DNA of 64,000 nucleotides from Salinarimonadaceae bacterium (GCA_007693435.1 REDO01000057.1:9010-73009); one strand, 5' to 3'. Shown: positions 1 through 10,032, counted from the stretch's first letter. Translations and numbers: made by a program. The notes: generated by a model from the letters alone, not told the origin.

Positions 1-75
1 GCGACGAAGGCGCTCGACGGCAAGAAGCTCGAAGCCCACAGGCGCGAACATGGCGACGACCCGGGCGATGACTGA
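1..75 (+). CDS. 3' end of a small DUF4169-like protein (partial, enters from the left edge)
   Basis: Frame 1 is open from base 1 to TGA at 73-75 and reads ATKALDGKKLEAHRREHGDDPGDD. The ...L(E/D)xHRRE tail fits the DUF4169/RHH gene pair as I recall it. It overlaps the downstream ribbon-helix-helix gene (ATGACTGA at 68-75). Only 24 codons are visible. Confidence 0.3.
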   Translation, partial: ATKALDGKKLEAHRREHGDDPGDD

Positions 76-310
76 GCCGCAGCCCGTCCGCAAGCGCTCC
101 ATCGCGATCGCAGGCCACCGCACCAGCGTTTCGCTTGAGGAGCCGTTCTGGGAGGAGCTGCGCGCCATCGCCGCGCGTCGCGGGCTCTCCGTGCAGCGGC
201 TCGTCGCAGAGATTGACGGCGCGCGCGGCGGCGAGAACCTATCCTCCGCGCTTCGGCTCCATGTGCTCGCGGATTTGCGCGAACGACTCGACGGGGGAGC
301 GGATCAGTAG
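50..310 (+). CDS. ribbon-helix-helix domain protein (RHH_4-like)
   Basis: The 86-aa ORF contains KRSIAIAGHRTSVSLEEPFWEELRAIAARRGLSVQRLVAEID, the typical RHH_4 pattern of a beta strand plus two helices. An alternative ATG at 68 would give an 8-nt coupled overlap with the upstream gene. Confidence 0.7.
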   Translation: MATTRAMTEPQPVRKRSIAIAGHRTSVSLEEPFWEELRAIAARRGLSVQRLVAEIDGARGGENLSSALRLHVLADLRERLDGGADQ

Positions 311-786
311 CGGATCTTGTCGGCCTTGTTCAGCCAGGCCTCGAACACGGCCTTCGCATCTTCGCGGGGCGAATGTTCGCAGGGGAGCGACCTGCGCTCG
401 GGCGGCAACGGAATCTCGTCGTAGATGAAGCTGTCGTCGAAACCGATCGCCGCCGCCTCGTCTCGCGTGTTGGCGTAGACGACGCGGGAGACGCGCGCCC
501 AATAGGCCGAGGCGAGACACATCGGGCAGGGCTCGCAGCTGGCGTAGAGCGTCGCGCCCTTGAGCGAGAATTCGGAGACTTCGCGGCAGGCGCGGCGGAT
601 GGCGACGACTTCGGCATGCGCCGTCGGATCGTTCGTCGAGGTCACCTCGTTCCAGCCCTCGGCGAGAACCACGCCGTCGCGCACGATCACGGCGCCGAAC
701 GGACCGCCCGCCCCGTTCTCCATATGCTCGCGCGAGAGCGCGACCGCGCGGGCGAGGTGCCTGTCGTCGTCTTCACGGTGGCTCAT
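304..786 (-). CDS. guaD: guanine deaminase, CDA-fold (GuaD-type nucleoside/nucleotide deaminase)
   Basis: It carries the zinc-deaminase motifs HAE (TAHAEVVAI) and PCPMC. GGPFGAVIVRDGVVLAEGWNEVTSTNDPTAHAE closely resembles Bacillus GuaD as I recall it. The start overlaps the xdhC stop by 4 nt. Confidence 0.8.
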   Translation of the reverse strand: MSHREDDDRHLARAVALSREHMENGAGGPFGAVIVRDGVVLAEGWNEVTSTNDPTAHAEVVAIRRACREVSEFSLKGATLYASCEPCPMCLASAYWARVSRVVYANTRDEAAAIGFDDSFIYDEIPLPPERRSLPCEHSPREDAKAVFEAWLNKADKIRY

Positions 787-1352
787 CGGGCTCTATTCTC
801 CTCTCGCGCGATGCGCTCCCGCACGATCAGCAGCTCGGCCGCCGTCGCCGCCGCGATCACGGCCGGGTGCTTGTCCGCGACGCCCGCGACGCCGATGGGG
901 CAGGCCAGCGCCGCAATGCGGTCTTCAGGAATCCCGAGTTCGCGATAGCGCGCCTCGAACCGCGCGCGTTTCGTCGTCGAGCCGATCAGCCCGACATAGA
1001 GCAGATCGGCTCGCGCCAGCGCAGCGGCGGACAGCGCGAGATCGAGGGGATGCGAATGCGTCATCACCAGGACGAAGGCGCCGGGCGCCGCCGACGCAAG
1101 GGCCGCTTCGGGATCCCGCGTCGGAATCGCTTCGCAGTTTCCCGGCACATGCGCGGGAAAGGCGTTCTCGCGCCCGTCGAACCACGATACCCGAAACGGC
1201 AGGGGCGCGAGGGCGAGCACCAGCGCACGCCCGACATGCCCCGCGCCGAACAGCAGGAGCCGCGTGGGCGCGACGCCGTATTCCTCGCGCCAGACGCCTT
1301 GCGGCGCATGTGCGGGCCGTGATCCGGCGGGCGGGTTTCTCTCGTCGTTCAT
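783..1352 (-). CDS. xdhC: XdhC-family accessory protein, C-terminal Rossmann-like half only
   Basis: LLLFGAGHVGRALVLALAPLPFRVSWFD ... VMTHSHPLDLAL ... YVGLIGSTTKRARF ... CPIGVAGVADKHPAVIAAATAAELL matches the XdhC C-terminal domain. The product is only 189 aa. No N-terminal XdhC_CoxI domain and no xdhAB lie upstream. Confidence 0.65.
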   Translation of the reverse strand: MNDERNPPAGSRPAHAPQGVWREEYGVAPTRLLLFGAGHVGRALVLALAPLPFRVSWFDGRENAFPAHVPGNCEAIPTRDPEAALASAAPGAFVLVMTHSHPLDLALSAAALARADLLYVGLIGSTTKRARFEARYRELGIPEDRIAALACPIGVAGVADKHPAVIAAATAAELLIVRERIAREENRAR

Positions 1353-1440
1353 GTGCTCACTGGCGCGGCGGTGCTGCGGATCATCGCCGCTTCGGCGCGG
1401 GAGGCAAGGGGCGTCGGCGCCGCAATCGAACGCGCCGGGA

Positions 1441-2259
1441 TCACGCGAAGATCAGTTCGACGACCAGCACGATGATCGAGAAGAAGGCGAAAGTCTTGAC
1501 GCCGAAGGCCAGGCGCTCGCTGAAGCTCGCGGGCGCGGTTCCCGCGTCACGCCGGTGCCCGAGGTCGACAATGAAGCGGTTGAACGGCGCGAAGGAATTC
1601 TCCGGATAGGCCGCCGCCGGCTGAAACAGGGGGACGTCGGCGTAGCGGATCAGCGGCAGCAGCGCGATTCCGGCCGCGAAGCCGCCGATATGCGCCCACC
1701 ATGCGATCGCCGCCTCGCCGTCCCCGAGCAGCGCCATCACGACATCCGTCGCGATGCTCAGGCCCACGAAGAGACTCGCCGGAATGATCATCGGAAAGCG
1801 GAAAGCGATCAGCACGAGGACCCGGGCGCGCGGATGCAGGAGCAGATAGGCGCCCATCACCCCGGCGATGGAGCCGCTGGCGCCGATGACGATGATCTCG
1901 GGTTCGTTTGTGAAAGCGCCCTCCATCAGGGCCCCGGCGATTCCGCAGACGATGAAGAAGGCCACATAGCGAAGATGTCCCATCGAATCCTCGACGTTAT
2001 CGCCGAAGACCCAGAGCACCAGCATGTTGCCCAGGAGGTGGAAGATGTCGCCGTGCAGGAAGATGTAGGTGACGAGCCGTGGAAGGACGAAAGGCTCCCC
2101 AGCGCCATCGGCGACGAGAAAGAGCTTCGCGGGGACGAAGCCGTATTCCGTATAGGGCGGATTGACCAAGAAGATGACGACGCATAGCGCGATGAGCGTG
2201 TAATTCACGATCGGTCGCCGCACATGGCGCACAGGGTTACCGTCAGCCAGAACCAGCAT
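1441..2259 (-). CDS. rhomboid-family intramembrane serine protease
   Basis: The catalytic Ser motif GASGSIAGVMGAY and the His motif AHIGGFAAG are present, with multiple TM helices. I placed the start at the internal ATG (MLVLADGN...) because the longer ORF would overlap the upstream MFS gene. Confidence 0.8.
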   Translation of the reverse strand: MLVLADGNPVRHVRRPIVNYTLIALCVVIFLVNPPYTEYGFVPAKLFLVADGAGEPFVLPRLVTYIFLHGDIFHLLGNMLVLWVFGDNVEDSMGHLRYVAFFIVCGIAGALMEGAFTNEPEIIVIGASGSIAGVMGAYLLLHPRARVLVLIAFRFPMIIPASLFVGLSIATDVVMALLGDGEAAIAWWAHIGGFAAGIALLPLIRYADVPLFQPAAAYPENSFAPFNRFIVDLGHRRDAGTAPASFSERLAFGVKTFAFFSIIVLVVELIFA

Positions 2260-2344
2260 CGCGCCCAGCCCCCTGAAAATCCGCCCGCGGATGTCTTGCC
2301 CGATTCCGATTTTTTCACGCACGGCCCGCCCTGTCGAGCGATGC

Positions 2345-3955
2345 TCAGATGGTCCGGCGCGGAATCGTCCAGGAGAGCGCGGCGCCGATGGCGGTGAAGA
2401 CGAAAATGACGAGGAAGACGCTCTCGAAACCGCGCCCCACCGCGTCGCGGATCCCGGACACGACCTCAGGGTCAAGCTCGGCGAGCGCGACTTCGCCGCC
2501 CTGCAGCACGGCCTGGATCGGTCCCGACATCTCGACGCCTGTCGCGGCCATGGCGGCGGCGAGCACCGCCCCGACGATCGCGGTTCCCAGCGCCGCGCCG
2601 ATCGAGCGAGAGACGGCTATGCCTGCGGCGGCCGAGCCGAGCAGTTTCGCCCCCGCCTCGGACTGCACAGTGATTTGAACGACGCCCATCACCGATCCGA
2701 GAAAGAACGCGATCGCGCCGCCGGTCGCGGCGAATTGCGCCGGGCTCATCGAACCCGCCAGGAAATACATGACGAGCAGCAGCCCACCGGCGACCAGCAA
2801 TCCGAGCGACGGGAATATCGCCGTGCGGCCGGTGCGGCTGACGAACTGTCCGAGGAGAAAACCGCCGACGCCGACGCTAACCGTCATCGGCAGCATCAGC
2901 AGCCCGATTTCGGAGGCCGGCGCGCCGTGGACCGCGCGCAGGTAGATCGGCGTGAAAGTGATAAGCGAGATGTAGATCGCGCCTTGCGCCATCGCCAGCG
3001 CGTCCGCGCGCCAGACAGAAGGGTTCTGCAGAAGCGTGATCGGCAGGAGCGGCTGGTCCGCGCGCTTCTCGCGGCGATAGAGCAGCACCGCCGAAACGAC
3101 GACGCCCGCCGCCAGCCAGAGCGACAGCGACGCGCCGCCGGCGACGCCCCCGCGCAGGGTCTCGACGAGGATCAGCAGGCTCCAGACGAAGCAGGCGAAG
3201 AGCAGAAGGCCCTGCCAGTCGAACCGGAACGGCTCGCGCTGCCGGCTCACAGCGGGCAGGCGCAGGACGAGCAGGATCGCCAGGAGCGCGAAGGGCACAT
3301 TGAAGAAGAAGATGGCGCGCCAGCCGAAGTACTCCGTGAGGAAGCCGCCGATCACCGGCCCGACCGTACTCGACGTGACTCCGATCGAAGCGATGTAGCC
3401 CTGATAGCGCGCCCGCTCGCGCGGCGGCACGGTTTGCCCGATCAGCGCCTGAGAGAGCGCAATCAGTCCCCCGCCGCCGAGCCCCTGGAGCACGCGCGAG
3501 GCGATCAGCATCTCCGCAGAAACCGAGAACGCGCAAAGCAGGCTGCCGGCGGTCGAGACGCAGATCGCCACGATGAGCAGCCGCTGGCGTCCGAGCGCGT
3601 CGCCGAGCCGCCCATAGACGGGCGCAGCCGTCGCCGCCGCGACGAGATAGGCGACCACGACCCAGGCGATGAACTCGACCCGCCCGAGCTCGGCCCCGAT
3701 CGCAGGCAGCGCCGTCGCGACGATCGTCTGGTCGAGCATGCCGATGAACATCGGGAGCATGATCGATGGAAACAGCGCGAAAAAGGAAACCTGCTTCGGC
3801 TTCGTCTGATCGTCTGGAGCGACGGACACTGGCGCTGTCTTCCGATTCTGGCGGCGACGAGACGTTAGACCATTCGGTCGGCGCGGGCATCCATACCGCC
3901 GCAACCGCGTTTGCGCCTTTCGACACGGGAGGCGAACCGGCTCGGCCCGCGGCAT
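2345..3955 (-). CDS. MFS transporter, DHA2/EmrB-like (about 14 TM helices)
   Basis: [15 protein letters not shown] in TM1, the motif-A-like [13 protein letters not shown], and many hydrophobic helices are present. The Arg-rich first 40 residues look non-native. GTG at 3829, with GGAAG about 10 nt upstream, is a plausible true start. Confidence 0.8.
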   Translation of the reverse strand: MPRAEPVRLPCRKAQTRLRRYGCPRRPNGLTSRRRQNRKTAPVSVAPDDQTKPKQVSFFALFPSIMLPMFIGMLDQTIVATALPAIGAELGRVEFIAWVVVAYLVAAATAAPVYGRLGDALGRQRLLIVAICVSTAGSLLCAFSVSAEMLIASRVLQGLGGGGLIALSQALIGQTVPPRERARYQGYIASIGVTSSTVGPVIGGFLTEYFGWRAIFFFNVPFALLAILLVLRLPAVSRQREPFRFDWQGLLLFACFVWSLLILVETLRGGVAGGASLSLWLAAGVVVSAVLLYRREKRADQPLLPITLLQNPSVWRADALAMAQGAIYISLITFTPIYLRAVHGAPASEIGLLMLPMTVSVGVGGFLLGQFVSRTGRTAIFPSLGLLVAGGLLLVMYFLAGSMSPAQFAATGGAIAFFLGSVMGVVQITVQSEAGAKLLGSAAAGIAVSRSIGAALGTAIVGAVLAAAMAATGVEMSGPIQAVLQGGEVALAELDPEVVSGIRDAVGRGFESVFLVIFVFTAIGAALSWTIPRRTI

Positions 3956-4065
3956 CGTGCGCCGGCCGCGGGACCCGATTTTCGGACAGGCGCACTTGTG
4001 CCGCGCGGCGAGAGGCTGTAAGAGCGCCGTTTACGTTCAAACCCCCTGTCGAGAGGAGCCCGCCC

Positions 4066-4455
4066 ATGGCTCGCGTGACCGTCGAAGATTGCATCGACAA
4101 GGTCGACAACCGTTTCGAGCTCATTCTGCTGGCCGGCCACCGCGCCCGCATGATCTCGTCGGGCGCTCCGCTGACCATCGATCGCGACCGCGACAAGAAC
4201 CCCGTCGTGGCCCTGCGCGAGATCGCCGACGAGACGATTGCGCCGGAGGACCTGCGCGAGCAGCTCATCCACTCGATGCAGCGCTACGTCGAGGTCGACG
4301 AGCCCGAAGCCGAGACCGTGCCGATGATCGGCGCGCCCGCCGCCACCGGTGGCGACGATTCCGAGGTGCAGTTCGACCGCATGAGCGAAGACGACCTGCT
4401 GCGAGGGCTCGAAGGTCTCCAGCCGCCGGCCAACCGCGACGACGACGAGGGCTGA
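4066..4455 (+). CDS. rpoZ: DNA-directed RNA polymerase subunit omega
   Basis: [30 protein letters not shown] is the canonical RpoZ N-terminus. GAGAGGAG lies upstream of the ATG. It is followed by spoT, as in most proteobacteria. Confidence 0.95.
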   Translation: MARVTVEDCIDKVDNRFELILLAGHRARMISSGAPLTIDRDRDKNPVVALREIADETIAPEDLREQLIHSMQRYVEVDEPEAETVPMIGAPAATGGDDSEVQFDRMSEDDLLRGLEGLQPPANRDDDEG

Positions 4456-4485
4456 CACCCGTCGGAAGCGCCGAAACGAGACAAA

Positions 4486-4510
4486 AACCCGGCCCGGCGC
4501 CGGGTTTTTT
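4486..4510 (+). terminator. rho-independent terminator after rpoZ
   Basis: The stem is ACCCGGC / GCCGGGT with a 5-nt loop, followed by TTTTTT (4505-4510). It lies 30 nt after the rpoZ stop. Confidence 0.6.
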
Positions 4511-4622
4511 CGTTCCTGAGGCGCTGAAAAGCCAACGGCGCGCTGACAATTCAGGGAATCGATATCATCATCGGCTATCGAAGCGTATGGGACGATCAGG
4601 CGTCCTGCGGAGTCTGCGGCGC

Positions 4623-6797
4623 ATGATGCGGCAATACCAACTCGTCGAACGGGTCAAGCGCTACAACCCGAACACCGACGAGACCCTGCTCAACAAGGCC
4701 TATATCTACGCCTTGCGCGCGCACGGCTCGCAGAGGCGCGCCTCCGGCGATCCGTTCTTCGCCCATCCGCTCGAAGTGGCGGCGATCCTCACGGATCTGC
4801 GCCTCGACGACGCGACGATCATCGCCGCCGTGCTCCACGACACGATCGAGGACACCGAGGCGACGCTCGAGGAGATCAACCAGATCTTCAACCCCGAGAT
4901 CGGCGCCCTCGTCGACGGGCTGACCAAGATCAAGCGTCTCGATCTCGTGTCGAAGCGGGCGGCGCAGGGCGAGAATTTCCGCAAGCTCCTGCTCGCCATC
5001 TCGGCGGACGTTCGCGTGCTGCTCGTGAAGCTCGCGGACCGCCTGCACAACATGCGCACTCTGGAATTCATGCCGATGGAGAAGCGCCCGCGCATCTCCG
5101 AGGAGACGCTGGAGATCTACGCGCCGCTCGCCGGGCGCATGGGCATGCAGGAGATGCGCGCGGAACTCGAGGACCTGTCGTTCCGGCATCTGCGCCCCGA
5201 AGCGTACCAGACGATCACGCAGCGCCTGAACGACCTGTCGGAGAAGAGCGAGAAGCTCGTCGAGGAGATCGAGCGCATTCTCACCTCGCTGCTCGCCGCC
5301 AAAGGGCTTGCGGCGGAGGTGAAGGGCCGGCGCAAGCGCCCCTATTCGATCTGGAAGAAGATGGAGCGCAAATCCGTCGCCTTCGAGCAATTGTCGGACA
5401 TCTTCGGCTTCCGCATCATCGTCGACGACCTCGACGCCTGCTACCGGGCGCTGGGCGTCGTCCACATGACCTGGCCGATGGTGCCCGGCCGCTACAAGGA
5501 TTACATTTCGACGCCCAAGCAGAACGACTACCGCTCTATCCACACCACGGTCGTGGGTCCCGGCAAGCAGCGCGTCGAATTGCAGATTCGCACGCGCGCC
5601 ATGGACGAGGTGGCCGAATACGGCATCGCGGCCCATGCCCTCTACAAGGAGGGCGCCGACATCGCGCGCTTCGTCTCCGAGAGCCGCGCGTATCAGTGGC
5701 TGCGCCGGACGATCGACCTGCTCGCCGAAGGCGACAACCCGGAGGAGTTTCTGGAGCACACCAAGCTCGAGCTCTTCCACGACCAGGTGTTCTGCTTCAC
5801 GCCCAAGGGGCGCCTGATAGCGTTGCCGCGCGGGGCGACGCCGATCGATTTCGCCTACGCCGTCCATACCGATGTCGGCAACACGGCGGTTGGCTGCAAG
5901 ATCAACGGACGCATGTCGCCGTTGCTCACCGAGCTCGCCAATGGCGACGAGGTCGAGATCGTGCGCGCGGCCAACCAGACGCCGCCGGCCGCCTGGGAAT
6001 CGCTCGTCGCGACAGGCAAGGCGCGAGCGGCTATCCGGCGCGCGACGCGCACCGCCGTGCGCCGCCAATATGCGGGCCTTGGCGCGCAGATTCTCTCGCG
6101 CGCCTTCGAGCGAGCCGGCAAAGCCTATTCGGAAGAGAAGATCGCCGCCGCCCTGCCGCGCCTTGCGCGCGGCTCGACCGAGGACGTGATGGCCGCCGTC
6201 GGGCGCGGCGAGATTTATTCGGGCGACGTGGTGCGCGCTGTCTATCCCGACTACAGCGACGACCGCCGGCCCTCCACATCCCCCCGCGCGGCCGGAGACG
6301 AGGCAGCCGTCAAGATCCAGCCGCTCTTCGGGCCGGGCGAAGAACAGGCTATCCCGATCCGCGGCCAGGGTCAGGACCTGCCGATCCGCTTCGCGCCGGA
6401 GGGCGGCGCGGTGCCCGGCGACCGGATCGTCGGCATCATCGACCCGGGCGAGGGAATCACCATCTACCCGATCCAGGCGACCGCGCTCGCAGCCTTCGAC
6501 AACGAGCCGGAACGCTGGGTCGACGTGCGCTGGGACAGCGAGGCCATCGGCTCGCAGCGCTTCCCCGCGAGGCTCAGCCTGCAATCGATCAACGAGCCCG
6601 GGACGCTCGCGCAGATCGCGCAGGTCATCGCCGATCACGACGCCAATATCGACAATATCGCCATGCGCCGCACGACGCCGGATTTCACGGACCTGACGGT
6701 CGATCTGGCCGTCTGGGACCTGAAGAACCTCAACGGCATCATCGCCGAACTTCGCGGCAAGCGGGTGATCGCCAAGGTGGAGCGGGTGACGGGCTGA
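4623..6797 (+). CDS. spoT: bifunctional (p)ppGpp synthetase/hydrolase (RelA/SpoT homologue, Rsh)
   Basis: The HD hydrolase motif (HPLEVAAIL, LHDTIEDT), a synthetase domain (FRIIVDD, YRSIHTTV), TGS (VFCFTPKG) and a C-terminal ACT-like region are all present. I placed the start at MMRQYQLVERV. The ORF-track extension back to 3957 overlaps rpoZ and is Arg/Pro-rich junk. Confidence 0.95.
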   Translation: MMRQYQLVERVKRYNPNTDETLLNKAYIYALRAHGSQRRASGDPFFAHPLEVAAILTDLRLDDATIIAAVLHDTIEDTEATLEEINQIFNPEIGALVDGLTKIKRLDLVSKRAAQGENFRKLLLAISADVRVLLVKLADRLHNMRTLEFMPMEKRPRISEETLEIYAPLAGRMGMQEMRAELEDLSFRHLRPEAYQTITQRLNDLSEKSEKLVEEIERILTSLLAAKGLAAEVKGRRKRPYSIWKKMERKSVAFEQLSDIFGFRIIVDDLDACYRALGVVHMTWPMVPGRYKDYISTPKQNDYRSIHTTVVGPGKQRVELQIRTRAMDEVAEYGIAAHALYKEGADIARFVSESRAYQWLRRTIDLLAEGDNPEEFLEHTKLELFHDQVFCFTPKGRLIALPRGATPIDFAYAVHTDVGNTAVGCKINGRMSPLLTELANGDEVEIVRAANQTPPAAWESLVATGKARAAIRRATRTAVRRQYAGLGAQILSRAFERAGKAYSEEKIAAALPRLARGSTEDVMAAVGRGEIYSGDVVRAVYPDYSDDRRPSTSPRAAGDEAAVKIQPLFGPGEEQAIPIRGQGQDLPIRFAPEGGAVPGDRIVGIIDPGEGITIYPIQATALAAFDNEPERWVDVRWDSEAIGSQRFPARLSLQSINEPGTLAQIAQVIADHDANIDNIAMRRTTPDFTDLTVDLAVWDLKNLNGIIAELRGKRVIAKVERVTG

Positions 6798-6882
6798 CTC
6801 ACTCACATGACATCGCCCCTTTGACATCTCCCCCGGGCGGCTGGTATCGCGATGCGCCGACCCACCCGGAACACAGAGCGCC

Positions 6883-8014
6883 ATGCGAGCCGAAATCGAA
6901 TCGCTGATCGAGACCGCCAAGCAGTCCATAGGGCTGCTGAGGAGGCATCTTTGACTGGGATCGCGCCCAGCGCCGTTTCGCCGAACTGAACGCGCTTTCC
7001 GAGAATCCTGATTTCTGGAACGACGCCGACGCCGCGCAGAAACTCATGCGCGAGCGCACGGCGCTCGAAACGCAGATCACGGTCATCCAGCGTCTCGAAC
7101 AGGAGCTCGAGGACGCGCTGACGCTGATCGAACTCGGCGAGGCGGAGGACGATGAGGCGTCTATCACCGAGGGCGAGGAGATCATCCGCCGCATCGAGAA
7201 GGACGCCGAGCGCGCCCAGGTCGAAGCCATGCTCTCGGGCGAAGCCGATTCCAACGACGCCTATATCGAGGTGCATTCCGGCGCCGGCGGCACCGAGAGC
7301 CAGGACTGGGCCAGGATGCTCATGCGCATGTACATGCGCTGGGCCGAAGGGCGCGGCTTCAAGGTCGAGGTGATGGAGGTCTCGGACGGCGAAGAGGCCG
7401 GCATCAAGAGCGCGACGCTGCTCGTGAAAGGCCACAACGCCTATGGCTGGGCGAAGACCGAATCGGGCGTGCACCGCCTCGTGCGCATCTCGCCCTACGA
7501 TTCGAACGCGCGCCGCCACACGAGCTTCGCCTCGGTCTGGATCTATCCGGTCATCGACGACAAGATCGAGATCGAGGTCAACGAATCCGATTGCCGCATC
7601 GACACCTACCGCGCCTCCGGATCGGGCGGACAGCACATCAACACCACCGATTCCGCCGTGCGCATCACCCACATCCCGACCGGCATCGTCGCCGCCTGCC
7701 AGCAGGAGCGTTCACAGCACAAGAACCGGGCCAAGGCCTGGGACATGCTGCGCGCGCGCCTCTACGAGCGCGAGTTGAAGATCCGGGAGGAGAAGGCGAA
7801 TGCGGAAGCGGCCTCCAAATCCGATATCGGCTGGGGCCACCAGATTCGCTCCTACGTGCTCCAGCCCTATCAGCTCGTGAAGGACCTGCGCACGGGCGTG
7901 CAGTCGACGAGCCCGTCAGACGTGCTCGACGGCGATCTCGACGCCTTCATGGAAGCCTCGCTCGCACAGCGCATCTCCGGAAAGCCGGGGGACGCGGTCG
8001 CCGATATCGACTGA
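6883..8014 (+). CDS. prfB: peptide chain release factor 2, requires programmed +1 frameshift at 6949-6955
   Basis: Frame 0 reads [23 protein letters not shown] then TGA (6952-6954). The +1 frame continues [24 protein letters not shown]... into the tracked ORF 7046..8014. That ORF carries the RF2 motifs SPF-equivalent (ISPYDS), GGQHIN ([15 protein letters not shown]) and the RF2 C-terminus. Confidence 0.9.
6940..6955 (+). other. prfB recoding site: internal SD-like AGGAGG, 3-nt spacer, CTT TGA C slippery/stop
   Basis: The sequence AGGAGGCATCTTTGAC has the same layout as the E. coli prfB site AGGGGGTATCTTTGAC. Confidence 0.85.
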
Positions 8015-8026
8015 GGATCGACCGCC

Positions 8027-9403
8027 TCAGTCATCCGCGCCGGAGGCGCGGTCCGCGAGAAGGCGTCCAGCGCGCAGGAAGCGCATGGGATCGACGGGCG
8101 CATCGTCCAACCGCACCTCGTAATGCAGATGCGGCCCGGTCGAGCGCCCTGTCGAACCGGCGGCGCCGATCGCCTCGCCCGTCGCCACATGTTGTCCGGG
8201 CTTCGTCCTGATGGCGGACAGATGGGCGTAACGCGTCGTTACGCCGTTGCCGTGGTCGATCTCGACCATGTTGCCGTAGCCGCCGTGAAATTCCGCGATC
8301 ACGACCTCTCCCGCTCCGGCGGCGCGGATCACCGTGCCCGTCGGCGTGCGGAAGTCCACGCCCGAATGCATCGCAGGACGTCGGGTGAAAGGATCGCGTC
8401 GGACGCCGAAGCCGCTCGTCAGATCGTACCCGCTCGGAACGGGCCGCGCGAAGGGCAGCGCATCGGTCGCCCGGCTCAGGCGCTCGCGCTCGAGGAGCGT
8501 TTCCTGAAGCATGCCTATCATCGCCTCGAAGGGTCCTTCGGAGGCGTCGACCACCACAGGAATATAAGGTCCGCCAAGACCGCCCCTCTCCGTCGGCGCA
8601 TAGAGTTCGTCAGGATCGAGGCCCGTCTGCACGATCACGTCGCGCAGGCGAGCGGTCTCGCCGGAGAGCTCCGCGTTGAGGCGGTCGAGGCGCATGAACT
8701 GGTCCGCCTCGACCTGCGCCAGCGATGTCTCGACGGCTTCGAGATGGGCCGTGATTGAAGCGCGCCGCGCCGGAGCGGACTCGCTCGAACGCAGGCGAAA
8801 TTCGAAGAGCCCGTCGGCTGGCTTCGGCGCCGTTGACGGTTCGGGTATCGGCGCGGGCTTGCCCCTCGTCACCGGCGCGAAGCGCGCGCCGGCGGGCTGC
8901 GAAAGTACGGGCTGCGCCGGAGCTAGCGACCCCGTCGCCTCGGGCGCGTCGCGCGAAACGGCGACCTGTGGATCACGGCCGAGCCCGGCGTCGATGCCGA
9001 ACAGCATGGCCTGACGGGTCTCCAGCTCGACCTGACGCCCGACGAGTTGCGCGAGACGGTCCTCGAGACTGTCCTGCTCCAGCAGTTTCTGGCTGGTGAC
9101 GCGGTCGAGGCGCGCGCGCAGGGTCGCCACGCTCTCCTCGTAATGCGCCTTGATCCGCGCCTCGCGGCGCAAAAGCTCGACGGTGAGATCGTCGCCGGAG
9201 ACGATGTACCAGGTCGCAGCCGAAGCCCAGATCGCGGAGACCGCGAAGACGGCGCCGGCGATCGCGAGGGTCAGGGGGCGGATGGTCAGGAGACGGCGAG
9301 GAGCCGGTTCGCCCATCGCGCCCCATTCGGCTGCGGGGCGGCGCAAGTGGGGCCGTCCCGTTCTCGGATAATGGTTCATCGGCTGCGTTCCGCTGTGCGA
9401 CAC
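8027..9403 (-). CDS. M23-family metallopeptidase (peptidoglycan DD-endopeptidase-like) with N-terminal TM and coiled-coil
   Basis: The C-terminal LytM domain motifs HSGVDF, GYGNMVEIDHGNG and TGPHLHYEV are present. An N-terminal TM helix LTLAIAGAVFAVSAIW is present. The exact start is uncertain among several upstream Met codons. Confidence 0.85.
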   Translation of the reverse strand: MSHSGTQPMNHYPRTGRPHLRRPAAEWGAMGEPAPRRLLTIRPLTLAIAGAVFAVSAIWASAATWYIVSGDDLTVELLRREARIKAHYEESVATLRARLDRVTSQKLLEQDSLEDRLAQLVGRQVELETRQAMLFGIDAGLGRDPQVAVSRDAPEATGSLAPAQPVLSQPAGARFAPVTRGKPAPIPEPSTAPKPADGLFEFRLRSSESAPARRASITAHLEAVETSLAQVEADQFMRLDRLNAELSGETARLRDVIVQTGLDPDELYAPTERGGLGGPYIPVVVDASEGPFEAMIGMLQETLLERERLSRATDALPFARPVPSGYDLTSGFGVRRDPFTRRPAMHSGVDFRTPTGTVIRAAGAGEVVIAEFHGGYGNMVEIDHGNGVTTRYAHLSAIRTKPGQHVATGEAIGAAGSTGRSTGPHLHYEVRLDDAPVDPMRFLRAGRLLADRASGADD

Positions 9404-9476
9404 GCGCCGATTTAGGACCCGTTAGGGTTAAGATTAGGAAAACGCGCCGTGGTTTATGCCGCGCAGCGGTTGCTCG

Positions 9477-9941
9477 TCACAGCGCCCTGACGGCTTCGAG
9501 CACCTCCTCGGCGTGGCCGGGCACCTTCACCTTCGGCCATATCCGAGCGATCTTGCCCGATGGGTCGATCAGCACCGTCGTGCGCTCCACGCCCATGTAT
9601 TTCCGCCCGTACATGCTCTTCTCGACCCAGACGCCGTAGGCTTCGAGCATTCCCTTCTCCTCGTCCGAAACAAGGGGAAAGGCCAGCTCGTACTTGCCCG
9701 CGAACTTCTCGTGGCTCTTCATGCCGTCGGGAGACACGCCGACGATCACGGCCCCCTCCGCTTCGAATTCGCCGAGCAGGGCGTTGAAGGCCTTGGCCTC
9801 CAGCGTGCAGCCGCTGGTGTCGTCCTTCGGGTAGAAGTACAGTACGACCTTCTTCCCGGCGAGCCCGGCTAGCGAGAGCGTCGCTCCGCCGGTCGCGGGA
9901 AGGGTGAAATCGGGCGCTGCGTCACCGACGTTGAGGGTCAT
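9477..9941 (-). CDS. bcp: thioredoxin-dependent peroxiredoxin Bcp
   Basis: GDAAPDFTLP ... KKVVLYFYPKDDTSGCTLEA contains the peroxidatic Cys motif in an AhpC/TSA fold of 154 aa. Confidence 0.9.
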   Translation of the reverse strand: MTLNVGDAAPDFTLPATGGATLSLAGLAGKKVVLYFYPKDDTSGCTLEAKAFNALLGEFEAEGAVIVGVSPDGMKSHEKFAGKYELAFPLVSDEEKGMLEAYGVWVEKSMYGRKYMGVERTTVLIDPSGKIARIWPKVKVPGHAEEVLEAVRAL

Positions 9942-10032
9942 GTCGCCTTCCTTTCGTCCAATTCGTCGCGGCCTGTACGATGATCTCGAAATCTACGCCG
10001 ACCGTCGTCGCAAGGATCACCGGTAGACGCTA

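Noticed and set aside
2291-3868. 525-aa plus-strand ORF (and the 463-aa ORF 2877..4268 on the minus strand)
   Set aside because: They are antisense or alternate-frame to the MFS transporter. The products are extremely Arg/Asp/Glu/Pro-rich and not membrane-like or enzyme-like.
3957-4622. Long N-terminal extension of the SpoT ORF
   Set aside because: It overlaps rpoZ in another frame and crosses the rpoZ terminator. RelA/SpoT homology begins at MMRQYQL.
4596-6929. 777-aa ORF on the minus strand
   Set aside because: It is entirely antisense to the well-supported spoT gene. The translation is Arg/Ala/Gly/Asp-rich with no family motifs, a typical high-GC shadow ORF.
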